Part shown: positions 16,332 through 24,957 of the stretch, in pieces
How the letters are laid out: every line of letters begins with the position of its first letter
How positions within the stretch are numbered: the first letter of the stretch is position 1
Assembly (NCBI RefSeq): GCF_000172995.2
Contig: NC_014736.1
Span: 178,351-210,350, forward strand
Direction: 5' to 3'
Length of the DNA stretch: 32,000 nucleotides
Source of the DNA: Halogeometricum borinquense DSM 11551
GTDB lineage: Archaea; Halobacteriota; Halobacteria; Halobacteriales; Haloferacaceae
Translations under genes and position numbers: made by a program
The notes under the pieces: generated by a model
Told to the model about the DNA's origin: nothing
The model's database searches: none
The model's input: only the letters and a program-made list of their open reading frames with translations

Positions 16332-17758
16332 TGCAACAACATAGACAGGCGAAATGGAACGATACGGAATCCGACGGCCACGAACCACTGTTGTCGGAGA
16401 AAGATCTGACCCGTAGTGAGTTGGAGGATACATTCCTCCCTGACGAACTCACTCGTGAGAGCGTCGAGTTGCCGTCCGTCTCGGAGCCAGAGCTCGTCCG
16501 CCACTACACTCGGCTCTCACAGATGAACTACGGAATCGATAGTGGGCCGTACCCGCTCGGTTCCTGTACGATGAAGTACAACCCCAAGTTCACCGAGGAT
16601 CTCGCTGCGCTTCCCTCGGCGGCAATTCACCCGGACCGGCCGTCTGAGCTAGCACAAGGAACACTACAGGTCTACTACGAGCTACAAGAGTATCTCGGAA
16701 AAATCGGCGGAATGAGTGCAGTAACACTCCAACCGCCCGCAGGAGCGGCTGGCGAACTCACCGGGATCTTGGTCGCTAAAGCGTACCACGAATACAACGG
16801 TGAGGCAGAACAACGAGACGAGATTATCGTCCCGGCCAGTGCCCATGGGACGAACTTTGCCAGTGCGGCGATGGCGGGGTATGATCTCGTCGAACTTCCC
16901 GCAGACGAAGATGGACGCGTTGACCTCGATGTTCTGTCTGCGGCGGTTGGTGAGTCAACTGCGGCACTCATGTTGACTAATCCAAACACGCTCGGATTGT
17001 TTGAGCGAAATATCGAGGAAATCGCGGACATGGTACACGAAGCCGGTGGACTGCTGTACTATGATGGCGCGAATCTGAACGCGCTCCTCGGACGCGCTCG
17101 ACCGGGCGATATGGGGTTCGATATCATGCACTACAACGTCCACAAGACGTTTGCGACCCCACATGGTGGTGGCGGTCCCGGTGCTGGACCAATTGGTGTT
17201 CGTGAGGGGCTTGCGAAGTTCCTTCCAAGCCCACACGTCGGAAAGAACGGAGACCAGTATACGCTTTATGACCCCGAGGAATCCATCGGGAAAGTCCACG
17301 GTGCGATGGGTAACTGGCTCGTTCTCCTCAAGACACACGCCTACATCTCTCGGCTTGGCGATGCCGGATTGGAAGACACGAGTGCGAAAGCGGTCCTCAA
17401 CGCGAACTATCTCGCATCCCAGATTGATTTGGACATCCCGTTCGAGCCGTTCCACCACGAGTTCGTTGCGAGTGCCGGAGACAACGACGCCGCGGATTTC
17501 GCCAAGAAGATGCTAGACTACGGGATGCATCCCCCGACCACGAAGTGGCCCGAAATCGTCGATGAAGCGCTGATGACTGAACCGACGGAAGCTGAAAGTA
17601 AAACGACGCTAGACCAGTTGGCGGATGCCTTCAACTCGGTGACCGAACAGAGTGGCGATGCACTTAGTGAGGCTCCAAACGCCACCGCCGCAAAGCGAAT
17701 CGATCAAACGAAGGCCGCGAGAGATCCGGTGTTGTCCTGGCAGCAGATTTCGGACTGA
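16331..17758 (+). CDS. gcvPB: glycine dehydrogenase (aminomethyl-transferring) subunit 2 (PLP subunit)
   Basis: LGSCTMKYNPK and the PLP-lysine region HYNVHKTFATPHGGGGPGAGP. The start overlaps the gcvPA stop by 1 nt (TAATG). A perfect Shine-Dalgarno GAGGTGAT at 16317-16324 lies 6 nt upstream. Confidence 0.93.
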   Translation: MQQHRQAKWNDTESDGHEPLLSEKDLTRSELEDTFLPDELTRESVELPSVSEPELVRHYTRLSQMNYGIDSGPYPLGSCTMKYNPKFTEDLAALPSAAIHPDRPSELAQGTLQVYYELQEYLGKIGGMSAVTLQPPAGAAGELTGILVAKAYHEYNGEAEQRDEIIVPASAHGTNFASAAMAGYDLVELPADEDGRVDLDVLSAAVGESTAALMLTNPNTLGLFERNIEEIADMVHEAGGLLYYDGANLNALLGRARPGDMGFDIMHYNVHKTFATPHGGGGPGAGPIGVREGLAKFLPSPHVGKNGDQYTLYDPEESIGKVHGAMGNWLVLLKTHAYISRLGDAGLEDTSAKAVLNANYLASQIDLDIPFEPFHHEFVASAGDNDAADFAKKMLDYGMHPPTTKWPEIVDEALMTEPTEAESKTTLDQLADAFNSVTEQSGDALSEAPNATAAKRIDQTKAARDPVLSWQQISD

Positions 17759-17786
17759 ATCACCACTCTGCCTCCGCTATTTGGCC

Positions 17787-17805
17787 ATCAGCTCTCGAAG
17801 CTGAT
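17787..17805 (+). other. 7-bp stem hairpin (ATCAGCT-CTCGA-AGCTGAT) between gcvPB and glyA
   Basis: Perfect inverted repeat 29 nt after the gcvPB stop. No adjoining T-run, so terminator function is uncertain. Confidence 0.3.
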
Positions 17806-17823
17806 CTCGCCTATTCAGAATGA

Positions 17824-17832
17824 TTTTTATAT
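17824..17832 (+). promoter_or_regulatory. TATA box (TTTTTATAT) for glyA
   Basis: Centred 26 nt upstream of the ATG at 17854. Confidence 0.45.
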
Positions 17833-17853
17833 CATTGATTAAAAGGAAGTTCT

Positions 17854-19104
17854 ATGGTTGGTAGTAACCACCTTGAGCAGACTGACCCAGCGGTCTATTC
17901 TGCTATCCAAAACGAGCGACAACGGCAAGAAGACAGTCTGGGATTGATCGCGTCCGAGAACCACGTCTCGGAGGCTGTGCTTGAAGCACAAGGATCTGTC
18001 CTCACAAACAAATACGCGGAGGGCTACCCCGACGCCCGTTACTACGGTGGCTGTGAACACGTCGATACCGTCGAACAGTTGGCGATTGACCGTGCGAAAG
18101 AACTCTTTGGTGCCGACTACGCTAACGTTCAGCCGCACAGTGGCACCCAGGCGAATATGGGTGTGTACTTTGCGATGCTCGATCCCGGTGACCGAATCCT
18201 TTCGTTGGATCTCACTCATGGTGGGCATCTCTCTCACGGACATCACGTCAATTTCTCAGGCCAACTCTACGAGGTCGAACAGTACGGTGTTGATCCCGAC
18301 AGTGGCTATATCGACTACGACACGCTTGCCGACCACGCGACCGAATTCGATCCGGATCTGATCGTCAGCGGATCATCGGCGTATCCACGGGAGTTTGCGT
18401 ACGAACGAATCGACGAGATTGCGGCAGCAGTCGGGGCCTATCATCTCGCGGATATTGCTCACGTCACGGGCCTCATCGCGGCCGGTCTGCATACGAACCC
18501 CGTTGGAAACGCTGATTTCGTCACGGCAAGTACCCATAAGACGATCCGAGCAGGTCGAGGAGGATTGATTCTCACGACGGACGAGTACGCAGAGCAGATT
18601 GACAAAGCGATTTTCCCCGGTAGCCAGGGAGGGCCGCTTATGCACAATGTCGCCGGGAAAGCCGTCGGCTTCAAGGAGGCGTTGACGGACGAATTCGAAG
18701 AATACGCACAACAGGTCGTTACGAACGCCAAGACGTTAGCTGACACGTTTTCCGAGAGAGGGCTATCACTCGTTAGCGGTGGGACAGACAAACACTACGT
18801 CCTCGTTGATTTGCGGGACTCACATCCGGATGTTACGGGGAGTGACGCCGAAGAGGCACTCCAATCGGTAGGGATCACCGTGAACAAAAATACTGTTCCG
18901 GGCGAGACACGGTCGCCGTTCACCACTAGCGGTATTCGAGTTGGGACGCCAGCACTCACAACGCGTGGGTTCACACAGTCGGAGATGGAGACTATCGGAC
19001 ACGCTATCGTTGACATCATCGAGCATCCCGAGGATGACGATGTTGCTACAGACGTCGCAACGACAGTCGATCAGCTTTGCGAGGCGTACCCGATATACGA
19101 ATGA
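17854..19104 (+). CDS. glyA: serine hydroxymethyltransferase
   Basis: LIASENHVSEAVLEAQGSVLTNKYAEGYP, YGGCEHVD and the PLP-lysine motif TASTHKTIRAGRGG. Confidence 0.95.
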   Translation: MVGSNHLEQTDPAVYSAIQNERQRQEDSLGLIASENHVSEAVLEAQGSVLTNKYAEGYPDARYYGGCEHVDTVEQLAIDRAKELFGADYANVQPHSGTQANMGVYFAMLDPGDRILSLDLTHGGHLSHGHHVNFSGQLYEVEQYGVDPDSGYIDYDTLADHATEFDPDLIVSGSSAYPREFAYERIDEIAAAVGAYHLADIAHVTGLIAAGLHTNPVGNADFVTASTHKTIRAGRGGLILTTDEYAEQIDKAIFPGSQGGPLMHNVAGKAVGFKEALTDEFEEYAQQVVTNAKTLADTFSERGLSLVSGGTDKHYVLVDLRDSHPDVTGSDAEEALQSVGITVNKNTVPGETRSPFTTSGIRVGTPALTTRGFTQSEMETIGHAIVDIIEHPEDDDVATDVATTVDQLCEAYPIYE

Positions 19105-19205
19105 TCGGGTGGAAAGCGTTCTGACGGGGCGCGTATCATGATTCAGAACTCCCAGCACCGTGGCATAACGATTCAAGTAACTCCGGGCTCCTATATAAAA
19201 TACCA

Positions 19206-20444
19206 ATGACCGTAACAATCGACGATATCAGACGTGCGGAAGAGCGGCTTGATGAATCAGCGGAGATCAGACAAACACCCGTCGAGAAGAGTACGACGCT
19301 CGGGAGGGAGGTCGGTGCAGATGTCTGGTTCAAATTCGAACATCTTCAGAAAACGGGATCGTTCAAACCGCGCGGTGCGTTCAACAAGATCTCTCAGATC
19401 GCTCGCGGTGATGCAACTCGGGTTGTTGCTGCCAGTGCAGGAAACCACGCCCAGGGAGTCGCATTCGCTGCCACTGAACTCGGCTTAGACTCGCTGATCG
19501 TTATGCCGGAGACGGCTCCGCAGGCGAAAGTTGACGCAACAGAAGGATACGGAGCGACAGTCGAACTTCACGGAAAGACGTTCGCGGAAGCGATGGATGT
19601 CGCGCAGACGTATGCCGACGACCCTGACACGGCGTTCGTTCATGCGTACGACGACCCCGCCGTCGTCGCCGGACAGGGAACAATCGGACTTGAGTTGATC
19701 GAACAGGTTCCTGACGTAAGCGTTCTCACGGTCCCGATTGGTGGCGGTGGCCTGATCGGCGGTATCGCAACGGCAGTGAAGGCACACGACGAGGACATTC
19801 GAGTTATCGGGGTTCAGGCAGAACCCGCAGCGACAGTACCACAAAGTCTGGATAAAGGGCACCCCGTCGAAAACGAGACCCCGGACACCATCGCTGACGG
19901 CATTGCGACGGGGAGCGTTTCCGACCTCACGTTCGAGATCATCCAAGAACACGTCGATGAGGTTGTCACGGTCACCGATACTGAAATCGCGCAGGCGACG
20001 CTGTGGTTGTTGGAGCGTTCGAAGCAGATGGTTGAGGGAGCCGCTGCAACGTCTGTCGCACCGCTTCTCTCGGGCGCAATCGATTGCCAAGGGGAGACCG
20101 TCGTCCCACTTCTTTGTGGGGGCAACATCGATATTGCAACCCTTCAGGATATGTTGACGAGAGCGCTCGTTGACCGACATCAGTTCGTCACTCTCTACGT
20201 TCGAATCGATGACCGTCCCGGCGTTCTGGGGGAGATAGCGGACATCATCGGTCGGCACGACACAAATATTCGAAGCGTTCGACACGACCGTTCCGAAGAG
20301 GGGCTTCCGGTCGGCAAAGCGGACCTCGTTATCCGAACGACAACGCCCGGCGAAGCAGCGATGGGCCGTGTTCTTTCGGAGATTGAGGCGGCAGGATACA
20401 CGATCAAACGTGTCGTCCCTCAGTCCGAGCGCATCGGGAACTAA
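19206..20444 (+). CDS. ilvA: PLP-dependent threonine/serine ammonia-lyase (dehydratase) with one C-terminal ACT-like domain
   Basis: PLP-lysine motif FEHLQKTGSFKPRGA, SAGNHAQGVA, glycine loop VPIGGGGLIGG, and an ACT-like tail (LYVRIDDRPGVLGEIADIIGRHDTNIRSV...). Substrate preference (Thr versus Ser) cannot be read from the sequence. Confidence 0.88.
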   Translation: MTVTIDDIRRAEERLDESAEIRQTPVEKSTTLGREVGADVWFKFEHLQKTGSFKPRGAFNKISQIARGDATRVVAASAGNHAQGVAFAATELGLDSLIVMPETAPQAKVDATEGYGATVELHGKTFAEAMDVAQTYADDPDTAFVHAYDDPAVVAGQGTIGLELIEQVPDVSVLTVPIGGGGLIGGIATAVKAHDEDIRVIGVQAEPAATVPQSLDKGHPVENETPDTIADGIATGSVSDLTFEIIQEHVDEVVTVTDTEIAQATLWLLERSKQMVEGAAATSVAPLLSGAIDCQGETVVPLLCGGNIDIATLQDMLTRALVDRHQFVTLYVRIDDRPGVLGEIADIIGRHDTNIRSVRHDRSEEGLPVGKADLVIRTTTPGEAAMGRVLSEIEAAGYTIKRVVPQSERIGN

Positions 20445-20601
20445 GGTCTCCTCCGGGTTGACCCTCTTCGTCAGCCGACAGCGACTAGGAACCGACAACG
20501 ACGATAACTCATACTGGATTCGACCTGGCCCGCTTCTTTCGACACACGCTATACTTGATGGGTAGTTATTTGTACTTTGAAATGTGTTTACAGTTGTCGA
20601 G

Positions 20602-21993
20602 ATGTCCACTAAAAACGTAACTGCGTATCAAGACAGTATTGAAACGTTCTTATCGGAGTGGGTGAGAAAGAACAAAGTTCCCGGCTTGAGCGTGGCCGTA
20701 GTGTCCGGAGACGAAGCTACCTATACCGATGCGTTTGGGGCGCGGAATCTCTCAACGAATGAATCCGCAACTCCACAGACGTTATTCGGCATCGGGTCGT
20801 GCTCGAAGTCAGTTACCGCGGTAGCGATTCTACAGCTCGTTGAGGAGGACGAACTGGATCTCACGAGTCCGATAAATTCCTTCGTTCCCCACTTAGAAGC
20901 GGCACCGGGGTCATCAGTGACAGTCGAGGAACTACTGTCTCACTCGTCCGGGTTACCGAGTGACGGCAGCCTGACTGCCTTAATAGCTCGGCTGACTGGC
21001 TTGAGAGAGATGGGCGTTCCGCTCAGCGACGACCGCGATTTCCACAGACACGTTCAGGGATCCGTCGAGGAACGGCGGGACCCCCAAGCGAAGGAGTTCT
21101 TTTACTGTAACACCGGGTTTACGCTTCTCGGAAAGGTGATCGAGTCGGTGACTGGGAAATCCTACTCGACGTACGTCCGTGAGAACATATTCGAGCCGCT
21201 TGAGATGGACCGGTCGTGCTTTTCTCGGGCAGCGTTCGAGTCGTATGACGACCGGATGCAAGCCTACTTCCAGAACGATGACGACCTGGTTGAAGCGCGT
21301 CTCCCCGTTGATCCGCTGCTCTACGCACCCGGTGGAGTCATTAGCTGTGCGGACGATCTGGTCAACTATCTTCGCTTCTATCTGAACGGGGGATCATTCG
21401 AGGGAAAACAGCTTCTCTCGCAGGAATCGATGGCACAGATGTTCGAGCCGAGGTCGACCAGATCGACGTTCATCGACGGCACCGAACGACAGTATGGCCT
21501 CGGTTGGGAGCTTCAATCGTTCCTCGGGAATCGATTGGTCCGACACGGCGGGATGATGGGAACGACGACCGCCGCCGTCGCGTTCTTCCCCGATCAGAAC
21601 GTGGGGGTTAGCATCGCCTGTAACGTCTCCCCGCCGCAACACCCGAGTGTTGCCTGTCACGGCGTACTTTCGCTGTTAGAAGGGAACGACCCGAAACGTT
21701 CCGTCCCAGCGCTTCTGTTGGAGGAGAAACTCGGCTCGCTCGAGGGAGAATACAAGTCATATCGGGGAATCGTGGAAGCCACGGTCGAGCGAGATGGAGG
21801 CACGCTCGAGGTCACTATCCAAGGTTTCACCTCCGAGTTCTCGATCAGCCTGTTCCCAAACGACCTCAGCGGAGATATCTACGAGTTTGAAACGGTCACG
21901 GACACCGGCCAGCGACTCGCTGTCAAATTCGAGGAGGGATCCGACGGTTCCATCGATCTGTTCTTGCGTCGATGGCGTCTTCACGCACAGTAG
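20602..21993 (+). CDS. serine hydrolase, beta-lactamase class C / PBP4*-EstB family
   Basis: SxxK nucleophile motif (GSCSKSVTA), YxN (FYCNTGF), and HGG in the place of KTG (VRHGGMMGTT). About 100 aa of C-terminal extra domain. The ATG at 20602 is preferred to the GTG at 20584, with an AT-rich box about 33 nt upstream. Confidence 0.8.
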   Translation: MSTKNVTAYQDSIETFLSEWVRKNKVPGLSVAVVSGDEATYTDAFGARNLSTNESATPQTLFGIGSCSKSVTAVAILQLVEEDELDLTSPINSFVPHLEAAPGSSVTVEELLSHSSGLPSDGSLTALIARLTGLREMGVPLSDDRDFHRHVQGSVEERRDPQAKEFFYCNTGFTLLGKVIESVTGKSYSTYVRENIFEPLEMDRSCFSRAAFESYDDRMQAYFQNDDDLVEARLPVDPLLYAPGGVISCADDLVNYLRFYLNGGSFEGKQLLSQESMAQMFEPRSTRSTFIDGTERQYGLGWELQSFLGNRLVRHGGMMGTTTAAVAFFPDQNVGVSIACNVSPPQHPSVACHGVLSLLEGNDPKRSVPALLLEEKLGSLEGEYKSYRGIVEATVERDGGTLEVTIQGFTSEFSISLFPNDLSGDIYEFETVTDTGQRLAVKFEEGSDGSIDLFLRRWRLHAQ

Positions 21994-22039
21994 GCAGAAA
22001 CGCAGCGAACAGATTTCAGTAGATGAGCCAGATTGTCGT

Positions 22040-23464
22040 TTACCGATTCAACGTGTGAATGGCGCGGTCTCTCGCATTCTCGGCTGCTTCCATGACCGCC
22101 TCTGCGAGCGTCGGGTGAGTGTGAACGGTCGAAGCGAGCTCTTCGACCGTCGCATCCAGCTCGATTGCCAGCGCGACCTCGGCAACGAGTTCCGAGGCTT
22201 CGGCACCGACGATTTGCGCACCGAGAACGGTCCCGCACTCGCCGTCGGCGACAATGCGAACGAACCCCTCCGTCTCACCGGTCGTCAGTGCGCGACTTGA
22301 CGCTCGGAACGGGAACGTGCCGACGATGGGGTCGAACCCCTCCGATTCGGCTTCGGCCGCGGTCAGACCGACGGTACCGATCTCAGGGTCGGTGAACACG
22401 GCCGCGGGGATAGTCCGGTTGTCCATCGTGCTCGGTTTGCCAGCCGCGACGTCGGCCGCGACGATGCCCTCTTTACTGGCCGTGTGCGCGAGCATCGGTT
22501 CTCCGGCGACATCTCCGACGGCAAAGACGTGTTCAACGTCCGTTCGAGCGTGGCGGTCTGTCTCTAGGAAGCCTTGCTCGGTCGGTTCTAAGCCGATCTG
22601 CTCTAAATCAAGCGTCTCGGTCACGGGCTGCCGACCGACGGCAACCAGTACCTTGTCCGTGGGATAGACAGATCGCTCGCCGTCTTCGGTTTCGGTCACG
22701 ACTTCGATGCCGTTGTCGATGCCGCGCCATTCACTTGCTCCTTCACCGAAGCGGAAGTCGATACCCAACTCAGAAGCGCGTTTGCGAACGACGCGGGTGA
22801 TGTCGTCTTCGTATCCGGGGAGGGCATCATCCAGCATTTCGATGACGGTGACATCCGAACCGAGTTTTGCAAATACAGTCGAGAGTTCCATGCCGATATA
22901 GCCCGCGCCGACAACGACGAGGCGATCAGGCACTGTCGCCGCCGAGAGTGCGTCCCGCGAGGACCACACTTCGTCGTCCGTGAAGTCGAAGCCCGGAATC
23001 TGAACGGGGCGTGATCCTGTCGAGATGATACAGCGCTCGAATCCGATGGAGACTCGGTCTCGATTGTCCTCGTCGCGCGTGACGTGAACCTCCGTCTCGT
23101 CAACGAACGAAGCCATCCCTTCGATGAGGCTGACGCCGTTTGCCTTGCAGAGCTTCTCGACGGTGTCCGTGAGTCGGCTGATACTGTTCGACTTCCACTC
23201 TTGCATCTTCGCCATGTCGATAGCCGGGTCAACGAGGATGCCCATCTCCGCTGCCTGCCCTGCGTCGTGAGCGAGGTCGGTCGCGCTGATGTACGCCTTC
23301 GACGGGATACACCCGTGGTTGAGGCAGACGCCACCGTATGCTTCTTTTTCGACAAGCGTCACGTCGAGACCGTGTTGTGCGGCGCGAATGGCAGCGACAT
23401 AGCCCCCCGGTCCAGCGCCGATAACCAGTACGTCCGTTTCGGTCGTTGTCTCTTTAGCTCCCAT
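22040..23464 (-). CDS. lpdA: dihydrolipoyl dehydrogenase (E3 / L protein)
   Basis: FAD motif VLVIGAGPGGYVAAIRAAQ, redox-active disulfide GGVCLNHGCIPSK, NAD motif VVVGAGYIGMELS, and the C-terminal interface HTHPTLAEA. Confidence 0.93.
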   Translation of the reverse strand: MGAKETTTETDVLVIGAGPGGYVAAIRAAQHGLDVTLVEKEAYGGVCLNHGCIPSKAYISATDLAHDAGQAAEMGILVDPAIDMAKMQEWKSNSISRLTDTVEKLCKANGVSLIEGMASFVDETEVHVTRDEDNRDRVSIGFERCIISTGSRPVQIPGFDFTDDEVWSSRDALSAATVPDRLVVVGAGYIGMELSTVFAKLGSDVTVIEMLDDALPGYEDDITRVVRKRASELGIDFRFGEGASEWRGIDNGIEVVTETEDGERSVYPTDKVLVAVGRQPVTETLDLEQIGLEPTEQGFLETDRHARTDVEHVFAVGDVAGEPMLAHTASKEGIVAADVAAGKPSTMDNRTIPAAVFTDPEIGTVGLTAAEAESEGFDPIVGTFPFRASSRALTTGETEGFVRIVADGECGTVLGAQIVGAEASELVAEVALAIELDATVEELASTVHTHPTLAEAVMEAAENARDRAIHTLNR

Positions 23465-23476
23465 TTTTCGGGCTCA

Positions 23477-23689
23477 GTTTCGGGTTGGTCGGGTACTCTA
23501 TCACGGCGTTAGTAGCCCGTGGTTCAACTAGTCGTTGGACGAGATACTCTCCGCTCGGACGTATCGGTGTTCGGGTGGCCATCGTTTACTGACTTACCCG
23601 CGACACTCATTGCTCCTTTGACGTGGGCAGTGTTTGGCGGTATTCGATCTTTCTTGTGGCCTACTGGAGTGCCCGACCGTTTCGGGTTG
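23477..23689. repeat. 11-bp direct repeat GTTTCGGGTTG (23477-23487 and 23679-23689) bracketing the lipA-lpdA spacer
   Basis: Exact 11-mer found twice, 202 bp apart, inside the 248-bp non-coding spacer upstream of lpdA. Confidence 0.4.
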
Positions 23690-23712
23690 CCGTTGAGCCT
23701 TACTGCCACTGG

Positions 23713-24645
23713 TCAGTCACCGTTGACACGCGCGCGTTTGCGTGCTTGAGCGACGCTCTTGCCCTCTCGAAGCAGTGCATCGACAAACAACTCGCCAGCT
23801 TTGTAGGACGAGCGGACCATCGGTCCCGATGCACAGTAGAGGAATTCCATCTCTTCCTCGGCGATGTCACGCCACGTCTCGAATACGTCTGGGTGGACGT
23901 ACTCGAACACGTCGAGATGCGAACGCGAGGGTTGGAGATACTGACCGAGGGTGACGATATCGACACCGACCTCTCGCAGGTCGGAAAGCGTTTGATAGAC
24001 CTCGTGATGGTATTCGCCAAGGCCGAGCATGATGCTCGTCTTTGTGTACACATCCGATTCGTCGTTCGCCTGTTGGAGGACATCGAGCGTTTGGTCGTAA
24101 TCGGCCCGTCGGTCACGAACCGGCCATTGCAGGCGGTTTACCGTTTCGATATTGTGGGCGAACACGTCGGGTCCTGCGTCGAGAATCCGCTGTACTGCAT
24201 CTGGAGATCCCTGAAAGTCGGGTGTGAGGACCTCGACGAGGATACTCGGGTCGCGTCGTTTGATCTCCCGAATTGTCTCCGCAAAGTGTGCGGATCCGCC
24301 GTCAGCGAGGTCGTCGCGGTCAACAGAGGTCAATACGACGTAGTCGAGACCGATTTCGCTGACAGCATCGGCGACGTTCGAGGGTTCATCGGGATCGAGC
24401 GGGCTCATCCCTCCGGTTTCGACGTCACAGAAGTTACATCCTCTCGAACACCGGTCACCCATCAACATGAATGTCGCCGTCCCCGGGCCGTCGTGACCAC
24501 TCCAGCACTCCCCGAGGTTCGGACAGTTGGCCTCTTCACAGACAGTATGAAGGTCGTGATCCCGAAGGCTCTGTTTTATTTCAGTGAAGCGTCGGCCTGA
24601 TGGTGGACGCATCTTGAGCCAGTCGGGCTTTCGCCTGCTGGTCAT
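23713..24645 (-). CDS. lipA: lipoyl synthase (radical SAM)
   Basis: Auxiliary cluster CEEANCPNLGEC, radical-SAM CSRGCNFC, and RKPDWLKMRPPSG at the N-terminus. The ATG at 24645 is supported by a minus-strand TATA (TTTTATCA, 24668-24675) centred about 26 nt upstream. The track extends to 24768. Confidence 0.9.
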   Translation of the reverse strand: MTSRRKPDWLKMRPPSGRRFTEIKQSLRDHDLHTVCEEANCPNLGECWSGHDGPGTATFMLMGDRCSRGCNFCDVETGGMSPLDPDEPSNVADAVSEIGLDYVVLTSVDRDDLADGGSAHFAETIREIKRRDPSILVEVLTPDFQGSPDAVQRILDAGPDVFAHNIETVNRLQWPVRDRRADYDQTLDVLQQANDESDVYTKTSIMLGLGEYHHEVYQTLSDLREVGVDIVTLGQYLQPSRSHLDVFEYVHPDVFETWRDIAEEEMEFLYCASGPMVRSSYKAGELFVDALLREGKSVAQARKRARVNGD

Positions 24646-24923
24646 ACCGAATGCTTCCGTCGTACCATGATAAAACTGCGGGTGCGGTTGCAGACTCCGC
24701 AGCGCTATACGAACGTAGACTGTAGATTCAATGAGGATTCGCTGATCCGCTCCGAAATCCTCCACCAATTTATTAGCTGTTTTCGCTGATTTTTGAGTGT
24801 GGGGAACTGTGGCATTGTCTGGCTGTTTACTGCTTCGAGCGTGTTCCTCCCAATCTCGTTCTTTCGTCCGTTTACTGATGTACGCTTTATTTGTTGGTGT
24901 GTTCTACAGTCTCGTATGAGGAA

Positions 24924-24931
24924 CATTTATG
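24924..24931 (+). promoter_or_regulatory. TATA-like box (CATTTATG) for ridA
   Basis: Centred about 30 nt upstream of the ATG at 24958. Confidence 0.35.
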
Positions 24932-24957
24932 CCGATTCGAGCGGATGAACTGAAACG

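Noticed and set aside
19192-19200. TATATAAAA sequence just upstream of the Ser/Thr ammonia-lyase start
   Set aside because: It lies only about 10 nt from the ATG at 19206, too close to serve as the TATA box of a leaderless transcript starting at that codon. The N-terminus aligns well with dehydratases, so the start is kept and the motif is not called as a promoter.
19485-20609. 374-aa ORF on the minus strand, antisense to the Ser/Thr ammonia-lyase gene
   Set aside because: It overlaps a gene with unmistakable PLP-dehydratase motifs almost completely. Its product is Arg/Cys-rich and basic, with no recognisable domain. Long antisense ORFs are an expected artefact of GC-rich coding sequence.
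23623-24600. 325-aa ORF on the plus strand, antisense to lipA
   Set aside because: It lies entirely within the lipoyl synthase gene, which has both the radical-SAM and the auxiliary cluster motifs. The antisense product has no motifs and an atypical, non-acidic composition.
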